A DNA stretch of 64,000 nucleotides from Perna viridis. Its lineage: Eukaryota. The number at the start of each line of letters is the position of its first letter. Positions within the stretch are counted from its first letter, which is position 1. A program made the position numbers and the translations under genes. The DNA lies in contig CM074513.1 of the NCBI GenBank assembly GCA_037379345.1, positions 32,112,885-32,176,884 of the forward strand. The letters run 5' to 3'. The notes under the pieces are model-generated. The model saw nothing but the letters and a program-made list of their open reading frames with translations, ran no database searches and was not told where the DNA came from. Shown here piece by piece: positions 14,301-28,019 of the stretch.

Positions 14301-17300
14301 TATGAAGATAATAACCTGGAAATCTCCTACCATTAGACTTACACTTCCTGTTTAATGTGTTCAAAACAAAGATAAAAAACAAAAAAATTTTTTTTTAATC
14401 TTTCTCTTTCTTTCTCCCTGTTCTAACAAACCTGCAGCTAAACAACATCTAGTACATGATGACAACACAAAAAACAACTTCTAAACAACCCTTACCATGT
14501 TTGCTTGTCCAGGCTGTAAAGGGGAATAACCCATGTTCTGTCCCATCATTCCTGGCTGTGGAAACATTCCCTGGAAATCAAATCAAACATAGATTGATAT
14601 TGAACATACCTATACATATAAAATATTCTCATGAACTTCAAATCTACAAATACATGTATATAAAACACATGCTCTATCAAACCTCACAGACAATCAAAAT
14701 TAAATTATTGCATCATGATCCAAAGATTTGCTTTAACGGACAAAATTACTTATTCTAGTGCTGATGCTATGCAGAACTATGTATTTATCTGACACAAATA
14801 TAAATTTCTAGTATTAGCACGAAAAACTTAAGAAAGATCTGAAGTTTGAAAAAGATCTTCATAAAGGAAATACTATAATTGTTAAGTTGAAAAGAATGAT
14901 GTGATCTCTGTAAAATATTTTATTTGTAGGGATCAAGCACTGGGTATAACATACATACCTGTTGATTCATCCCCATGTTCATTCCCATCATACCAGGGTT
15001 AAGACCCATACCCATCTACAAAGAAAAGAAACTAAATTACTGATATTCATACACATATACACAGGGGAGAGAGTAAATTTATTTTACTAGCCCCTATAGA
15101 TATCTACAAAGGATATGTTGGGCCCTAATTCACACACGGTACAAGTCATAACCCCTAAAATCAATCCAAGCCTTCCTTTTGTGGTATAGCACCTAGTGGT
15201 ACAATTTCAAAGAGACCTTTACTTACATTCAAGCTATTGTCCAGATATCAAGACAATGCTTGTTGACCCCTAATTCCTATATTGTTCAAGTGACAACCCC
15301 CACAATCAATCTCAGCCCTTTTTGTAGTATGGCACCCAGTGGTATAATTTTAAACAAAGTGCTGATAGGACTCACTGGCAGATTTTGATTCTTTTGAAAA
15401 TTGTAGCATTGACAAAATTTCAAAGACTATATGATGTTAAATAAAATTGTGAAAATGCATTGCATTTAAAATACTATTGAGAAATGTACTTTTTTAATAT
15501 GTATAAACTGAAAATCAATCTATACTGCACATCATTTTCACACACATTTACAAATTTTTGTTCCATTTCACCTTTTTTCCCTAATTTTAAATCTATCCAT
15601 AAGTTAATGTGCATTTACATTCAAAAGCTTTATTAACGGAGTATTTATCCTACAAAAAAATTAGACTTAAATAAAATGAATATCAGCTGAAGAAAATAAT
15701 TTCCGTAACACAAGATTTTCAATAACTGGACACTTTCAGCAATTTGAATTTTCCCACCAATTTTACTTGGATAAAAGCAATGCGCTTCACTTCCTGTTTA
15801 TAAATGGTATAATATTAATGATAGGATCAATAATTTGACTTATAACTGTGTTAAAATAAAAATATTAAACACATTTTATACTTCAAGACACACAACTGCA
15901 AGAAATAAATTCCCTAAATGTAAATTTATTACTAAATATCTTTCAAGTCCAAAAAGGAGTCCCCTCAAGTCTTGAGTTGAAATGAAGAATCTATCTTAAT
16001 TTTATTTGCATAAATAATAGAATACTATTCAGGAGATAAATTGCAAGAAACATATTTACTTATTATAAAAGAGGTATTAAATGATATAAAAGGAATTACA
16101 TTTGGACTACATTTAAGTGTAGTGTTCAGAAATAGTAGGGAAGTTCCAGTGATAGAATGGTGACGTAAGGTATTTTGATCCTGAAAGATCAAAACCCAAA
16201 AAGATCCATTCACATATAGTCAAGTTATTGTTTAGATATCATGATAATGCTTGTTTTTATCCCATTTTTGCCCCCAAATTCCTTAATACTCAAATGACAA
16301 CCCCCCAAATTAATCCAAGCTTAGCTTTAGTGGCATGGCACCTTTTGGTATGATTTCAAAGAGATTCATTCACATAAATTTATGTATTTGCCACTTATTC
16401 CAACTCGGTTCGTCATTCCCCCCAAATTCAATCCCACCTTTCCTTTAACAGGCACTTTATAGTATAAGTTCTATACATTTATACTCAAGTTATTGCCTGG
16501 AAACTGAAGCCAAACTGTCTACTGATGCCTGATGACAAAGACAGCATGATATGATTAGATGACCCCCAATTTTTTTGCCATCATATAAAAAAATATGAAA
16601 ATAACCATTAAAACCCAAATCATTATATAGAATTACCATATTCTGATTATTCATAGGCTGGTTCATCATATTCATTGGTTGTCCAGACATGGGTTGTCCC
16701 ATGCCTTGATTAGACATTGGTTGTCCCATGCCTGGAGAAGACATTGGCTGTCCCATGCCTGAATTGGACATTGGTTGGGACATGTTCATTGGTTGTGAAG
16801 ACATTGACATCATTGCTTGTGAATTCATTCCCATTGGTTGTGACATATTGTTCATGGGTGGTATGGGAGTATTGGACGGCTGCATGGATGGAGAAGATGT
16901 GTTACCGCTTGATAGTACATCAAATAGATCAGAGTTGTTTGTTGGCTGAGATGTATTTTGACTAGGTGTTGTGGCACTGAACTGTTGGAAATCAGCAAAG
17001 CCTTCACCACTGCCATGAAAAAATAGAATAATAAAGGTTATATATTAAATAAACACAAGAACTCCTACAGTATTGCTGCTTAATTTTCTTTGTTAAAATG
17101 GACAATAAATGTTAACTTGAATGTCCTCTCAGAAAGTATGTCAATTTTTTTTACAAATTACATGCAATAAGCCTAAAGGAAGTCATTGATTCTATTTTCT
17201 GTACAGGTTTAAATGATTCAATAAAAGCAGCAAAATAACATGTATGTACACCTAGGTGTTGGAGAATGACCAACCTTAGAATCAATTTCTATTTTAACAC

Positions 17301-20300
17301 ACCTACCTTGTGGGTGATGAAGCACTTTGGAATTGAGAAAAATCAGCAAAACCATTTGATGAAACTGTAGAAAAAATGAAAGATAATAAAATGCTAGTAT
17401 TGCAGTAATTATGCTACTGAAAATAGAAAAACTGTGAGCAATACTCGTCCACTTTATAACCCCCATTCCCTAATAATGATAACATGCTCCTTTTCACCTC
17501 CATATTGATTTGGATCAAAACCTGAAAAAGGAGGTACACAATGGGAACATGTCAAAAAGATTCTGTGCAAGTTTCATTCAATTGCATTCAGTGGTACAGG
17601 AGGAGTAACAGATAAGAGATAGGTCCCCCATGATCCTATATCCACAAATGAATAAGTCCATGTAAGCTATGTGAAACTCCCTAAATGGTTCAAATCAAAA
17701 TCAAAAATCAGAGGCACACAATAGGAACATGTAGTAAGATACTGTGAAAGTTTCATTCAATTCCATTCAGTGGTGTAGGAGGATTAACAGGTAAGAGATG
17801 GGTCCCCCTGTGTAACAGAAGGATGGACAGACACCCCCAACACTATATACCACCCACTTTGCAAGTGGGGGCATAATAAGAGGCGCACAAAAGGGATATG
17901 AATTAAAGATTGTATGAAAGTTTCATCCACCATTGTAGTGGTTAAATATTTTGTCCATGTGATCACTCCTTTTCAGTTAGTCAAAAGGTAACACTATATG
18001 TTTATTGTAACACAAACCTTCTGCTGTATTATTTGTAGCTGTACCTCTAGGATTAAAATCATTAGAACTTTTAAAGTCATCAAACCCAGATATCAAGTCA
18101 GGAGCATTACTACTGGACTGAGACTGAAAAAAAATTACTTAAGGTTATGGCCTTTTTAAACTAGTTAAACCACACAGTAGATTTCATGTGCCTGTCCACA
18201 GTCAGGAGATGTTGGTCATTAATGTGTCTTTGTGTTGTTATATTACTTTTTAGTTTGATTTCGAAGAATTGTCATTGTTCTGTTGCTGTGGATTTTGTAA
18301 CTTTTGCTGTTGGTGCCTTTCACAGCTAACTTAAAGGCATGTTTACACTTGTTGAAGATTTTTTTTATTACTACTGAAAGTATTTACTGTTTTGGATCTA
18401 TGTTATCACTGGGGCATTTATTACGCTTCACCATATCAGTTCTTTTTTCTACTACTGCATCAATACTTGTATCTAATAATAAATGAATTATTTCCAAATA
18501 TTATTTTTGCCTATGACACACTTAAAATGAAAACAAATTAAACATTTCCTCAACTGGCTTAGTTTGGTTTAAAATTTTCCATAACCTTATTTCAAATATT
18601 TAGTAAATATATAAACATCTTTAATGACTCATTTTCTATTTAATATAGAAAATAATCATACCACAGTATCAGGAGTTTTAGACTTTCCATAGGTGGCAGC
18701 TGCACCAAGATCTAATTTTTTGCCTGATTTTGATCGTTGTATGATTTTCTCTGTATGTGTAGTATGGGTTCTCTCTACTGATGTGTATTCCTCTTCATCT
18801 TTAAAATCTAATCTGTCTGATTTATCATCATATCTATTATCTGTGTCATCACTGTAAAATAAAACCACATCTCACTTATTATCTAATCTGAAATGAATTT
18901 AATCATTACAAATAAGTACACCCTCAAAATACAATGAATTTTATTTCCTTTTAGTATCAGTATCTTGAATTACAGCAGAATTCTTAAATTACACAGGTGC
19001 TTAAATAATCTTTCAAATGGTCAGCACAAATCTTTTCATACCACCTTCTATTACATAGAGAAAAAACATTCATTAGTTAAAAATTGAATAACATATTTTT
19101 ATTTTTATTTCAGAAAACTACTTCTTGAAAAACAACAAAAACAGCAAAATATTGTATCTTATATGCATTACTGAATAACTTTGTACATTTGCTTTGTAAG
19201 ATATTAATTTTTAAAGACCCATCTCTCTTTCAGCAAATGATTTAAAATAAAATGAACTCTTAAAACACTATTTTATCTATAGCAACAATTAATTGCTTTG
19301 AATTGAATCAATTAAACTAAAGTGTATGTTCTACCCCAATAATAATTTGGTGATTACTGTTTAAAAATCCTTTCTTTTCAATCACAAGAAGATTTAACAA
19401 GAATTCAAGAATGAAATTAATAGTAATTAGCAGGACAGAATCTTATGCTTGCAAAATGTTACAAGATGATGAAAAGTGATGAATATTCCATGAAAAATAT
19501 TTAACTTGACAATAGCATGAAAAAATGGGACAAAGCCATATTTTATGTACAAAAATACATGTTTACATTACAATACTGAAAGCACGTATATCAAATGTAA
19601 CAACATAAAAAGTGCAGCTAAAAAATAACAGGAGTAATCAATAAACTGGCCAACCAACCTATAAAATATGTTTATATAACATTGTCATGTATCTGATGTT
19701 TAATAATACATGTCTTGCATTCGTGCATAAACCCAAAGTAATCTAGCAGTATTTACAAACCCTAGGTGCGTCTCATACAAGTATCATGATTTTGAGACAC
19801 CTTTAACAATAAATTTCTGCAGCAAATATGACTAAGGGCTCAATTGTCACCTTAAACAACAGATTTCATTTAAGCAACCAAAACTGATTGAATGATAAAA
19901 GGTAATTTGCCACTTGGATATCAAAAGAAAATGATACACATGTATGTGATTCAAAATTCACAATGTAACATGTATCTTTATTATCACTAAAATATTTACT
20001 ATACTTATCAAAATAAACCTCTTGTTGGATAAGTATCAAATTCTCTGTCTTTGCTGTTTTAAATTTTTTTTGCTTACATAAAAATAGGATTTAAAAATAT
20101 TATTTTGGTTTATTTGCTTATCGTTGGAATTATACAAAATATTCATACATCGGATAATCCATATCTGACAAACACCATCCTTTGACCAATATCTGATCTT
20201 GACTATGTATCGGGCTGATATGGGAATCATTGGATGACACCTGAGCAAATATGGATCAGCCCATGAATTAAAGTACATAGTTATATATGTGTAATTATTC

Positions 20301-23300
20301 CATGAGTATATTTTTAACTACATCTACCTATACTACAGAGTACAATAATAACTGCTAAAATTGCCATGTTCATAAAGAACAAAATCCTCATAACGGTAAT
20401 AAACATACATTTCAGATATAATATTAGATGCACTGAGAGCCTGATTTCAGTGTGACACCCAGCAGAACTTTCCAAGATATATGGAGTTACTGCAGGCATA
20501 ATGTCTGAATAGTTCCAAATGAGAAAAATAAACTGAATGTAGATTAAGCTACTTTCAAGTATCTGCACATATGGAACAACTCAATCCACAAACAAGTAGT
20601 TCCAAGTCTACTAGAACTTTTATCATCATCAATAAGGCTACTTTCACTTTAAACTTTGTCCACATACAGGTTAAACCTGCATTAAATCAACACAGACAGT
20701 ACTGGTAAAGTACCATACAAACCTTTTACTAACATTAGTAACACATATCCTTTCTCTATCCTTGCACCGAATAGCTAGGTTAATGGAAATGATTTGAAAA
20801 AAGAATTTCAGTGATCAATGGCAATAATAAAAATCATAAAGTCCAGCATACATGTGATATTTTGTCTAAGTATGATATGACCATGTTGAAAAAAAAATTA
20901 CAAATTAATATTTTGCATTAAAAAAGTAATACAATGCACACTTGATTTAAGCAGAAAAAAACTGGGACCACAAGTTGGCAAAATGGAAGCTGCTATAAAA
21001 AAAAAACTTTCCCGTAATATGAAAAGAATGTGTGGTAACACCAATCTGGTGCTAACTAAATATGCTTCAATATTACATTTATTCTGTTACTTATGTAGGT
21101 GACTTTTTATTTGGGAATAAAGAGCTGTTCCATCATTGCATAATACACCTGTGCTATTTTTGTTTGTCTTTAACGATAGAAGCAATAGGAATACACAATC
21201 TCCTAAATTTCATGAAAATTGTGGGAAGTGACTCAGGCTTTTCGTCAGAAATCACTCTATTCATTAGTTAATAAAGCCGCTAAGTTGGTATTTCACATCA
21301 TAATTTTTTTTCATATCAAAAGAAAGCTTATATCAATAGAAATTAATAATTCAAATAAGTTTCATGGTAATTGTTATGTCAAATTTAAGTAATTGTCTGA
21401 AAATAGAAAATAAATGACTTACCAAAGTTTTAAGGAAATGGCTGGAAGCATTTTGAGGTATTGTCCCAATTGTTAAAGATGGATGGAAAGACGAAAGTAT
21501 ATTATACGAGTAAACAATAAAAGTTTTTTTAACCACAAAAACTGATACTAAAATAGGGCATAACCTATTCCCTAAATAAAATGAAAATAAGGACTCAGTC
21601 AAATATCAATAAATTATGAGACTGAAATAAAAATAATACAACACTGTGGACTTGGAAGCTATAATAAAAGCGAAAGTCCATTCATAGGGGCTTTAAAGCA
21701 AAATATGGTATGAATAAAAACTGACAACATGCACAGAAAATATTTACGGCTTATGGTCTTCCCCTGCTGGTTGGTAAACAATATTTGAACACCAACTGAA
21801 AAAATGTACCAGAAATATCAAATCCATGCTACAGCACAAATTAATAGAAAAAGGTGGTAAAAAATCTTAATCATGCTATAACTGGGTATCTTGATATATA
21901 CATGTAATAAAATATAAATTTCTTGGTTTTCCTTAAAAAAATTTCCAAAGAACCATTAAAAACTAATGTTCTACATAGAATTGTGACATCATTGACAAAA
22001 CACATACAGACTTCATGATTGACTAATATGAACAAAACAGAAAAGAACAAACTTACTTCTCCTACAAACATGAACAAGTACAATCATGACTAACTGTTCT
22101 CTAAAGCATATGCAGAATTTTGCCAATCAAAAACATGCCAGACATTTTTTGTCATTTGAAGTAAGTTAGTATCTAATTTCTCACCTAAAATCAGGAAGGC
22201 TGTTTTTACGAGCTTGGGACCTGTTTGAGCTAAAATATAGGACTTATGGTAAAGCAATGACAAATGACAAAAAGGGTTAGTAGAAAGTAGTTAGTCAATC
22301 TTCTATTGTTACCCAGTTGTTTCTATAGTTTATTCATGTACAAAGGCGTACAGCAAATATAATTTAGATTTATTGCTTTCGGAAGACATTCGTTAAAAAG
22401 AAAAACTTAGCAGAAATAGCAGTGATTCCAAAGTTCTTGTGTTTACCGAACATTTCACCAATAATCATGAAATATGCAATATCACATTTGCCAAGTTATT
22501 ACCAGACCAAACAGAAGACTGGATATTGTCTTTGGTCTGATAGACCTTTGGAATCACTGAAACAGAGAGACTAATCATATAAAGACAATCAGGAAATTAT
22601 AGAACCATTAATTATGAGTTCACTTTAATTACAATTAGAACTCAGATTACTCAAAAGATGGCATTCATTAATGATTAGATAAATGGTGCTGAGGCAGTCT
22701 ACGTAAGCAATAAAATCTATGAACATGAGATATTTGTTTCAACAAATAGGATGAAGTACATTTGTATACGATGAAATCCAGATGAAATAGTACAACTTCT
22801 ATTCTTAATGACATGACATATATTGAAAATCAGAAGTGTACTTCTCAAAAATAGATATTCAAATTTATCAACACAATAAATGTTACATGCATTTCCAAAC
22901 TAAGACATGAAGTAAATTTAAACATAATGGTATCCTACCCAGCATATTCAAACATACATACACATTTTTAATCATAATGTGATGAAATACAAAGGTACCA
23001 CTCTTCTATCCTTACTTTTCTTTGATAATTAACTGTGAAACTTTAATTTATGAATAAAAAACTACCTGTATTGACTACAAAAAGGAAAGAGAATAGATGA
23101 GAAAACACACATTGTAATTTAATGTGTATCTCTACATTACGCTTAAGACATTGATAATACCTGTAGTCAACGATATCTTCAGGACCATGTCGACCTTGAA
23201 CTTTATTCCATAGACCTTTGACCTTATCAACAGCTTCATCAGCTATACTTTTACGACCTGTGTCAAATTCATCAAAATCATCTAAGCCACCCCTTCTCCT

Positions 23301-26300
23301 TGGCTCCTCGTCATATCTATCACCTACAAAAAATGGTACAAGAAAATTAAGTATTAAAGATGTGACTGCAATATTTCTTAATGTTATTGATTTTCTGTTG
23401 TCTATTAAATTGCTACCTAATTTTATGAACATTTACAATAAAATTATGCTGTTAGGCACACAGATGTAAATGAAACTTTAACAAAAGAAATATCAGTATA
23501 ACATTACTTTATGATAGCAAAGTAACATCTTTAAAAGTGCTTTATCAACTACAGCTCAGTACATCATTGATTCTGAAACTGATACTATTTATATTAGGAG
23601 ACAATCATTACACATTTGTACAATAAAAATAAAATGCTTTGCTTTTTTGCGGGTATTTAAGAAAGAGTTAATCAAAATATACCATATCTCCTAGAATATC
23701 AAATGCATTCTGATGTTTTTTAAATAACATTTTATGACAATTGACTATAATAAAAAATTGGCAATAGAAAAACTTCAAACAATGCTCACTCACTTGATAC
23801 CACAAAAATATAAAACTTTCGATAGAAGGTATTCTAGAACCCTATTTTTATGCTTACTGTAACCTGAACCATGGCTTCCATCAGCACCAGACATTCCTAT
23901 AAATTTATCTTTGTTTTTCTTGGCTTTTCTTCTCTCTTCTCTCAATCTTTCATCATCCTGGATAAAATCTATCAGATCTTTAACTTTCTGTCTCACTGAA
24001 ATACAAAGACATTTGGAAAGCTACAAATGTCTGAGGTGAAAATATCTTCAGTACACAATTTTCTCATTTAACCTAATTCATGCTCCTGAAGTTTAAAATA
24101 CATACATGTACATGTGTTTATTCTGTTGATTTTTATCAAATATTTTTATCAAATATTTTTATCATAAACATCATATACCTGTACAAGTTTTATGGTTTAC
24201 AGAAATGTTATGGTATCACCTCGCATAATAACACCCTTGGTACAATGTTTTCTCTCTGATCTTTTTTTACTCTTCTTCCTACAGCCTTTAATGTTATTTG
24301 AAATGAATATTTCATTTTACCATCCTCCATTTTTACTTTGGTCTTCAGGACTTACCATTGATGCCTTGGTCTTTCCCTTGTTCATCTGTGTATGTGAAGT
24401 TTTCTAGACCTCTCAGATCATATAAATGTTCTCTAGCACTTGTAACTACTCTTTCAGATCCATTTCTTATAAGATATGACAACAACAATAAAGACTGAAA
24501 CAAGATTTATTTAAAATTACCTAAAAGACATCCATGAAAAATCTGCAATGCATTGTCATAACAGAAATTATGCCATCATCAGGGTTTTTGCTAGAATTTT
24601 GAGGGCTTTAGTCACTTTTGCGTAGAGCACGAACGACATATTATGGGCAGCAGAATTTTGTAAATAGTCAATAGTATCATAAACTAAAGACATAAACACT
24701 CTTAATATATTCATTTTAAGTTTACATAAACAGGCATTACAATAAATACAATAAATGTTACAAGAAAAAAACTTACTTTTCTATAAGAAAACATGTGTTA
24801 CTTAATAAAATAAAATAGTTACTACATGTATTAGAAAAATAGTAAAATAGAAATTTTTTTTTACATCATGACAAAGCTTTGATGCATGCAGTCTAAAAAT
24901 AGCTACTATTTGACAAAAGCTACTGTTATGGTAAGACCTGACACTCAAAAAATAAAAGAAAAGCCTCCTGCCCTTTGCCAAACACCAATCTCAAAAACCC
25001 TCTTCAACCTAAAACTCCTCAAATCAGAAGGAAGGAGACAGATCTTTAGAAGAGAATTGATTGATGAAACCTTGAGCCTGTTCCTAAGATAGGTCTTGAT
25101 CATATAGTACCTACTAAATCCCCTCTCAGTCACCAGAAGATAACACAGAAACTAGACAGATAGAAAGGAGGTTGGCCACATTGGCATAGCCAACTGTAGA
25201 ATGTTGCATTCTGTAAGCGGTTGCTGTGTGATATCTTACTGCTGGGTAGTAATTTTTTAGTGACCTTTGACCCCAGATCATGAGTAGAATTGAAGACATT
25301 CATAATCATTTGATTTTGTTGCAAGAAGAAAAGAGAATCATAAAATAAATATTTATTGTTGATTAATACTTCCTAACTGTCCACTATTGCGTTAAAATTA
25401 ATTGAAATCCATGAGATGACCAGTCACACAATATTATTGGTAATAAATTGCATTAGCAATGGTATAAAGTTTACTACCTCTAAATACTTTCAATGCACTA
25501 GTACCTGTGATAAATGCATTTCAACATATTTTGTGTTAACAATTCACCTACTTTGTATGTCCTCCTCCAATTTTTCTTATTATCTTGAAACATTCTCTTC
25601 CATAACATTCCCATTACTTCTGGAAAATGTTCATATGTAAATGTAAATCTTGCTATTTCCTGCATAAGCTGACCATGTGGACCCCAAGCATCATCATTTG
25701 TTGCTTCTCGTACTTTGGTCTCAACTTCAGAATAGTTCATCACCACATTGGTGCTGTAAAAAATATGACTATTGATTATGAAACACTTTCAAAACAATTT
25801 CCTAAGAGCATCTCAGCAAGTGATCCTAATAAAGCAAAGAACGCTTATTGAAGTAATCCTTACGGGCATCTGGTCCATGCTCCTAATATAAGCGGCGTCT
25901 GAGTGTCATTTACTTGTTTCTAAGTGCATGTATTTAAGTTACCATAAAGCAGGAAATTTTCGTGAGGTTCAAATTATATGCTTAATTCGCATGGTTTGGA
26001 AAATCACAAAAATCAAACTTTGCCAAATTTTAGTCAAGATAGTTTTTTTTCATATAATTTCCATTTCATTAAATCTGAACTGAATGGACGAAAAATAAAG
26101 CCTTCAAACATTTAATACTCCATTCATAGAATAAATTGCAAAACCCTCTACATTTGGGGATCAATGTGGACACACAATTCATATTGGACACAATTATTAT
26201 GGTGTATAGACTAAGCACTTCTGACATACACTATTGCTGCCATTTCTAGAACACCCAACTCCAAGCCACAATCAGTACTATTTTTTTTTTTTTGTTGACA

Positions 26301-27909
26301 ACACAATGACAGAATATGACTGCAAAATTACTTTTAACATAAATTCCTGACAATATGGACATCCAAATATGGTAATCTAACACTCCATTAAGTTTAATAA
26401 CAGTCCTGCAAGTCACTGAGGTGGAGTTGTAGGCAGACAGACAGGGTGAACCTAATATACCCCAAACTTCCTTTTAGGGAGTATAATAAAAAGAATCTCT
26501 TCATTGCAAGGTGTACAAATTTCAGATTTCCTAAAAAGACTATTGTACTCATATAAAGTCCATCTTAAATCTGATTGCCATCAATAAAAAGTCACTTGTT
26601 ATATTTTTCTTATGTCACTGACAGTGTTAGAAACTGAATTTTTTGTCAACAAAGAACCATCATAATTTTCTATAGATGACACTGTCCATTTAAAAGCAAC
26701 TTGAGCCAATTTCATCATAGACCTGCTTGATTTTACATCGACTCAGTCCCTAGGTCTACTGCTAATTTCTTTCACTGCACTGAACACTGATTACCAGATC
26801 TGCAAACGTAGCTCCTCAAAAAAGTTGTAGTAAAGTACTTGTAGTGTAATTAAGTGTGGTTCTAATTATCTCTTATAAAATAAGGTTGGTAAGTAGAAGA
26901 TTTTACAACCTTCAGTTGCCTTGTTGTCACAGCTAGAAGCAAGTGCCCAGCCATTGTCGTTTACTGTTGTAAATACTGAGTATGATCCAGAAAAGTTATG
27001 AAAAAAATTTGGATTAGCCGAAGACACAGCGGTTTGAGTCGGTCATTTTTATATTTTTTATCAATTCATTTTGGAAAAAATGTCTAGGGTCAGCAGTTAA
27101 AACTAAGGTCGGTCAGGTAACTGGAACCATGATATTTTTTTATTAGGCCTTATCATCACCTACGTTCTATCCTAAAGAAGAACTTAAATATGTTAATTAA
27201 CCTGTTGGAAGTAAACCAATATATGGATTGTATTGTTACATTTGGAACACTGGATATCAATTGTTCCAGCATTTGATTTTCAACTGACTTTACAACATAT
27301 ATTTTATTACACCATTTTATCATAATTTAATTTTTGAAATGGGAGTTTGATCTCCAAAGCAGTAGGACTGGAGATGAGTTAGTAAACCTCTGAAAAAGGG
27401 AGATCTGACCCTCACTACATGTGGTTCTCATGTATAACTTCAAGTATACATATTTGTACTTTTAAAACACATTAAATATAACGAGAATAGGTATTGTGTA
27501 GATCACTAGATGTCGAAGAGACAACAACTCCAATTGAACTGGTCTTCAATGAATGAAGAGGAAACCCTCATACCAAAGGGCAGACTGCTGCTAGCCCCAA
27601 ACATCATCATACAAAACCTACAAATGTACTTCCAGTTACAAAACAAATTGAAATCAAGGATTTTTATCCTTAATGAAATCTATGATCTCCATTTTAGTAA
27701 GCAGTTAAAAAGAGAAAAAAGAAGCTTTATTAAAAAATCTTACACGTCAACACATCTCCTTCTGGAACTTAACTTCAATATACAGGAAATTTTTTGTACA
27801 ACAACTGAGACGTGTTTTCGGCTGTCAAATTGTCAAGAAATTCACCGGTTAATTTAACGAATTTCTTTTGAACTTACACTTTATCTGTAATTTCTCTTAT
27901 CTTCCACAT
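5342..27909 (-). CDS. CLINT1: Clathrin interactor 1 / epsin-related protein (epsinR, enthoprotin), complete spliced CDS of about 643 aa (core exons)
   Basis: Coding exons (minus): 27878-27909, 25552-25753, 24356-24494, 23858-23995, 23161-23323, 18662-18851, 18018-18123, 17307-17364, 16637-17009, 14959-15015, 14496-14570, 8514-8643, 6906-7031, 5342-5484. All are GT-AG and phase-compatible; they sum to 1932 nt. N-terminal ENTH domain: MWKIREITDKVTNVVMNYSEVETKVREATNDDAWGPHGQLMQEIA...SLLLLSYLIRNGSERVVTSAREH...DQGINVRQKVKDL. Also FKDEEE and LDLGAAA motifs, GFADF motifs, a Met/Gly/Gln-rich tail, TWSD motif and C-terminus DQAFSSFGNFGK*, all matching recalled human CLINT1. Confidence 0.96.
5682..5923. 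mobile_element. Tc1/mariner-type MITE (TA target duplication) with an internal ~40-bp tandem duplication
   Basis: TA-ctgtgaaagt...tattttcacag-TA; related to the copies at 40491 and 48617. Confidence 0.7.
7293..8147. mobile_element. Non-autonomous pogo/Tigger-like Tc1-mariner element
   Basis: TA-cagtggaacccccataaaccggcc...ggccggtttacagaggttgcactg-TA; repeated subterminal ctctgaaaaccgg motifs; CpG-rich relative to the host intron. Confidence 0.8.
9673..10056 (+). mobile_element. About 390-bp TIR element, copy 1 of 3
   Basis: Aligns by eye with 11912-12303 and (inverted) 45855-46250; TIRs gtag..ctccag.taagaatcatgcaaaat / catgattcttacc.agactgctac-TTAA. Confidence 0.65.
10433..10480 (-). CDS. 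CLINT1: Candidate 48-nt cassette exon of CLINT1 (QTTVSKEETVSSTEVK)
   Basis: catattttag|CAG...GTCAAG|gtttgt, phase 0-0, NAGNAG acceptor, open frame. Confidence 0.5.
11647..11815. mobile_element. Short Tc1/mariner-type MITE
   Basis: TIRs ctgtaaattccaaaattattg / caataatttctgaatttatag. Confidence 0.55.
11912..12303 (+). mobile_element. About 390-bp TTAA-flanked TIR element, copy 2 of 3
   Basis: TTAA on both sides; similar to 9673-10056. Confidence 0.65.
13705..13728 (-). CDS. CLINT1: Candidate 24-nt microexon of CLINT1 (AKTSDPVK)
   Basis: aatatag|GCTAAGACATCAGACCCAGTGAAG|gtaggt, phase 0-0, in the intron between exons 14496-14570 and 8514-8643; CTAAT upstream. Confidence 0.5.
17470..17880 (+). 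mobile_element. Helentron/HINE-like (pearl-type) element with two ~180-bp core repeats
   Basis: Two copies of gagg.acacaat.ggaacatgt...aagtttcattcaatt.cattcagtggt..aggagga.taacag (about 17530 and 17710), then a GGAC/AGAC microsatellite and a terminal palindrome cccacttt.caagtggg. Confidence 0.55.
22185..22229 (-). CDS. CLINT1: Candidate 45-nt cassette exon of CLINT1 (SSNRSQARKNSLPDF)
   Basis: Acceptor tattttag with upstream CTAAC branch-like motif; donor gtgaga. Symmetric phase 2-2 matches the flanking exons (23161-23323 and 18662-18851); no stop codon. Confidence 0.55.
24580..25330 (-). mobile_element. Truncated hAT DNA transposon relic (transposase C-terminal dimerisation domain) in CLINT1 intron 2
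   Basis: Minus-strand translation ...ERGFSRYYMIKTYLRNRLKVSSINSLLKI...W (ORF 24945-25133) matches the hATC ERxFS...KTxLRNRL motif. A CAGGG-starting terminus lies at 24580. Frameshifted. Confidence 0.7.
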
Positions 27910-28019
27910 GTCGATTGAAAAAGTTTCTTTACAGGGCCGTTATGGAATGTTTTATAATTCTATATAAAGCTTCTGTAAACAAGAAAATCTTGATACACAA
28001 CATGGGCCAGTGGACCCGT

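Noticed and set aside
14335-14350. cag|GAAGT|gtaagt as a 5-nt microexon or alternative terminal exon (E-V-stop)
   Set aside because: Frame-breaking and easily arises by chance; unsupported without RNA data.
16717-16965. Plus-strand ORFs at 16717/16728 (also 6812-7170, 23218-23469 and 43825-44076)
   Set aside because: Antisense shadows of CLINT1 or HTT exons.
20140-20570. Possible extra CLINT1 exons (ORFs 20036-20278 and 20314-20568)
   Set aside because: No phase-compatible donor/acceptor pair giving plausible CLINT1-like sequence.
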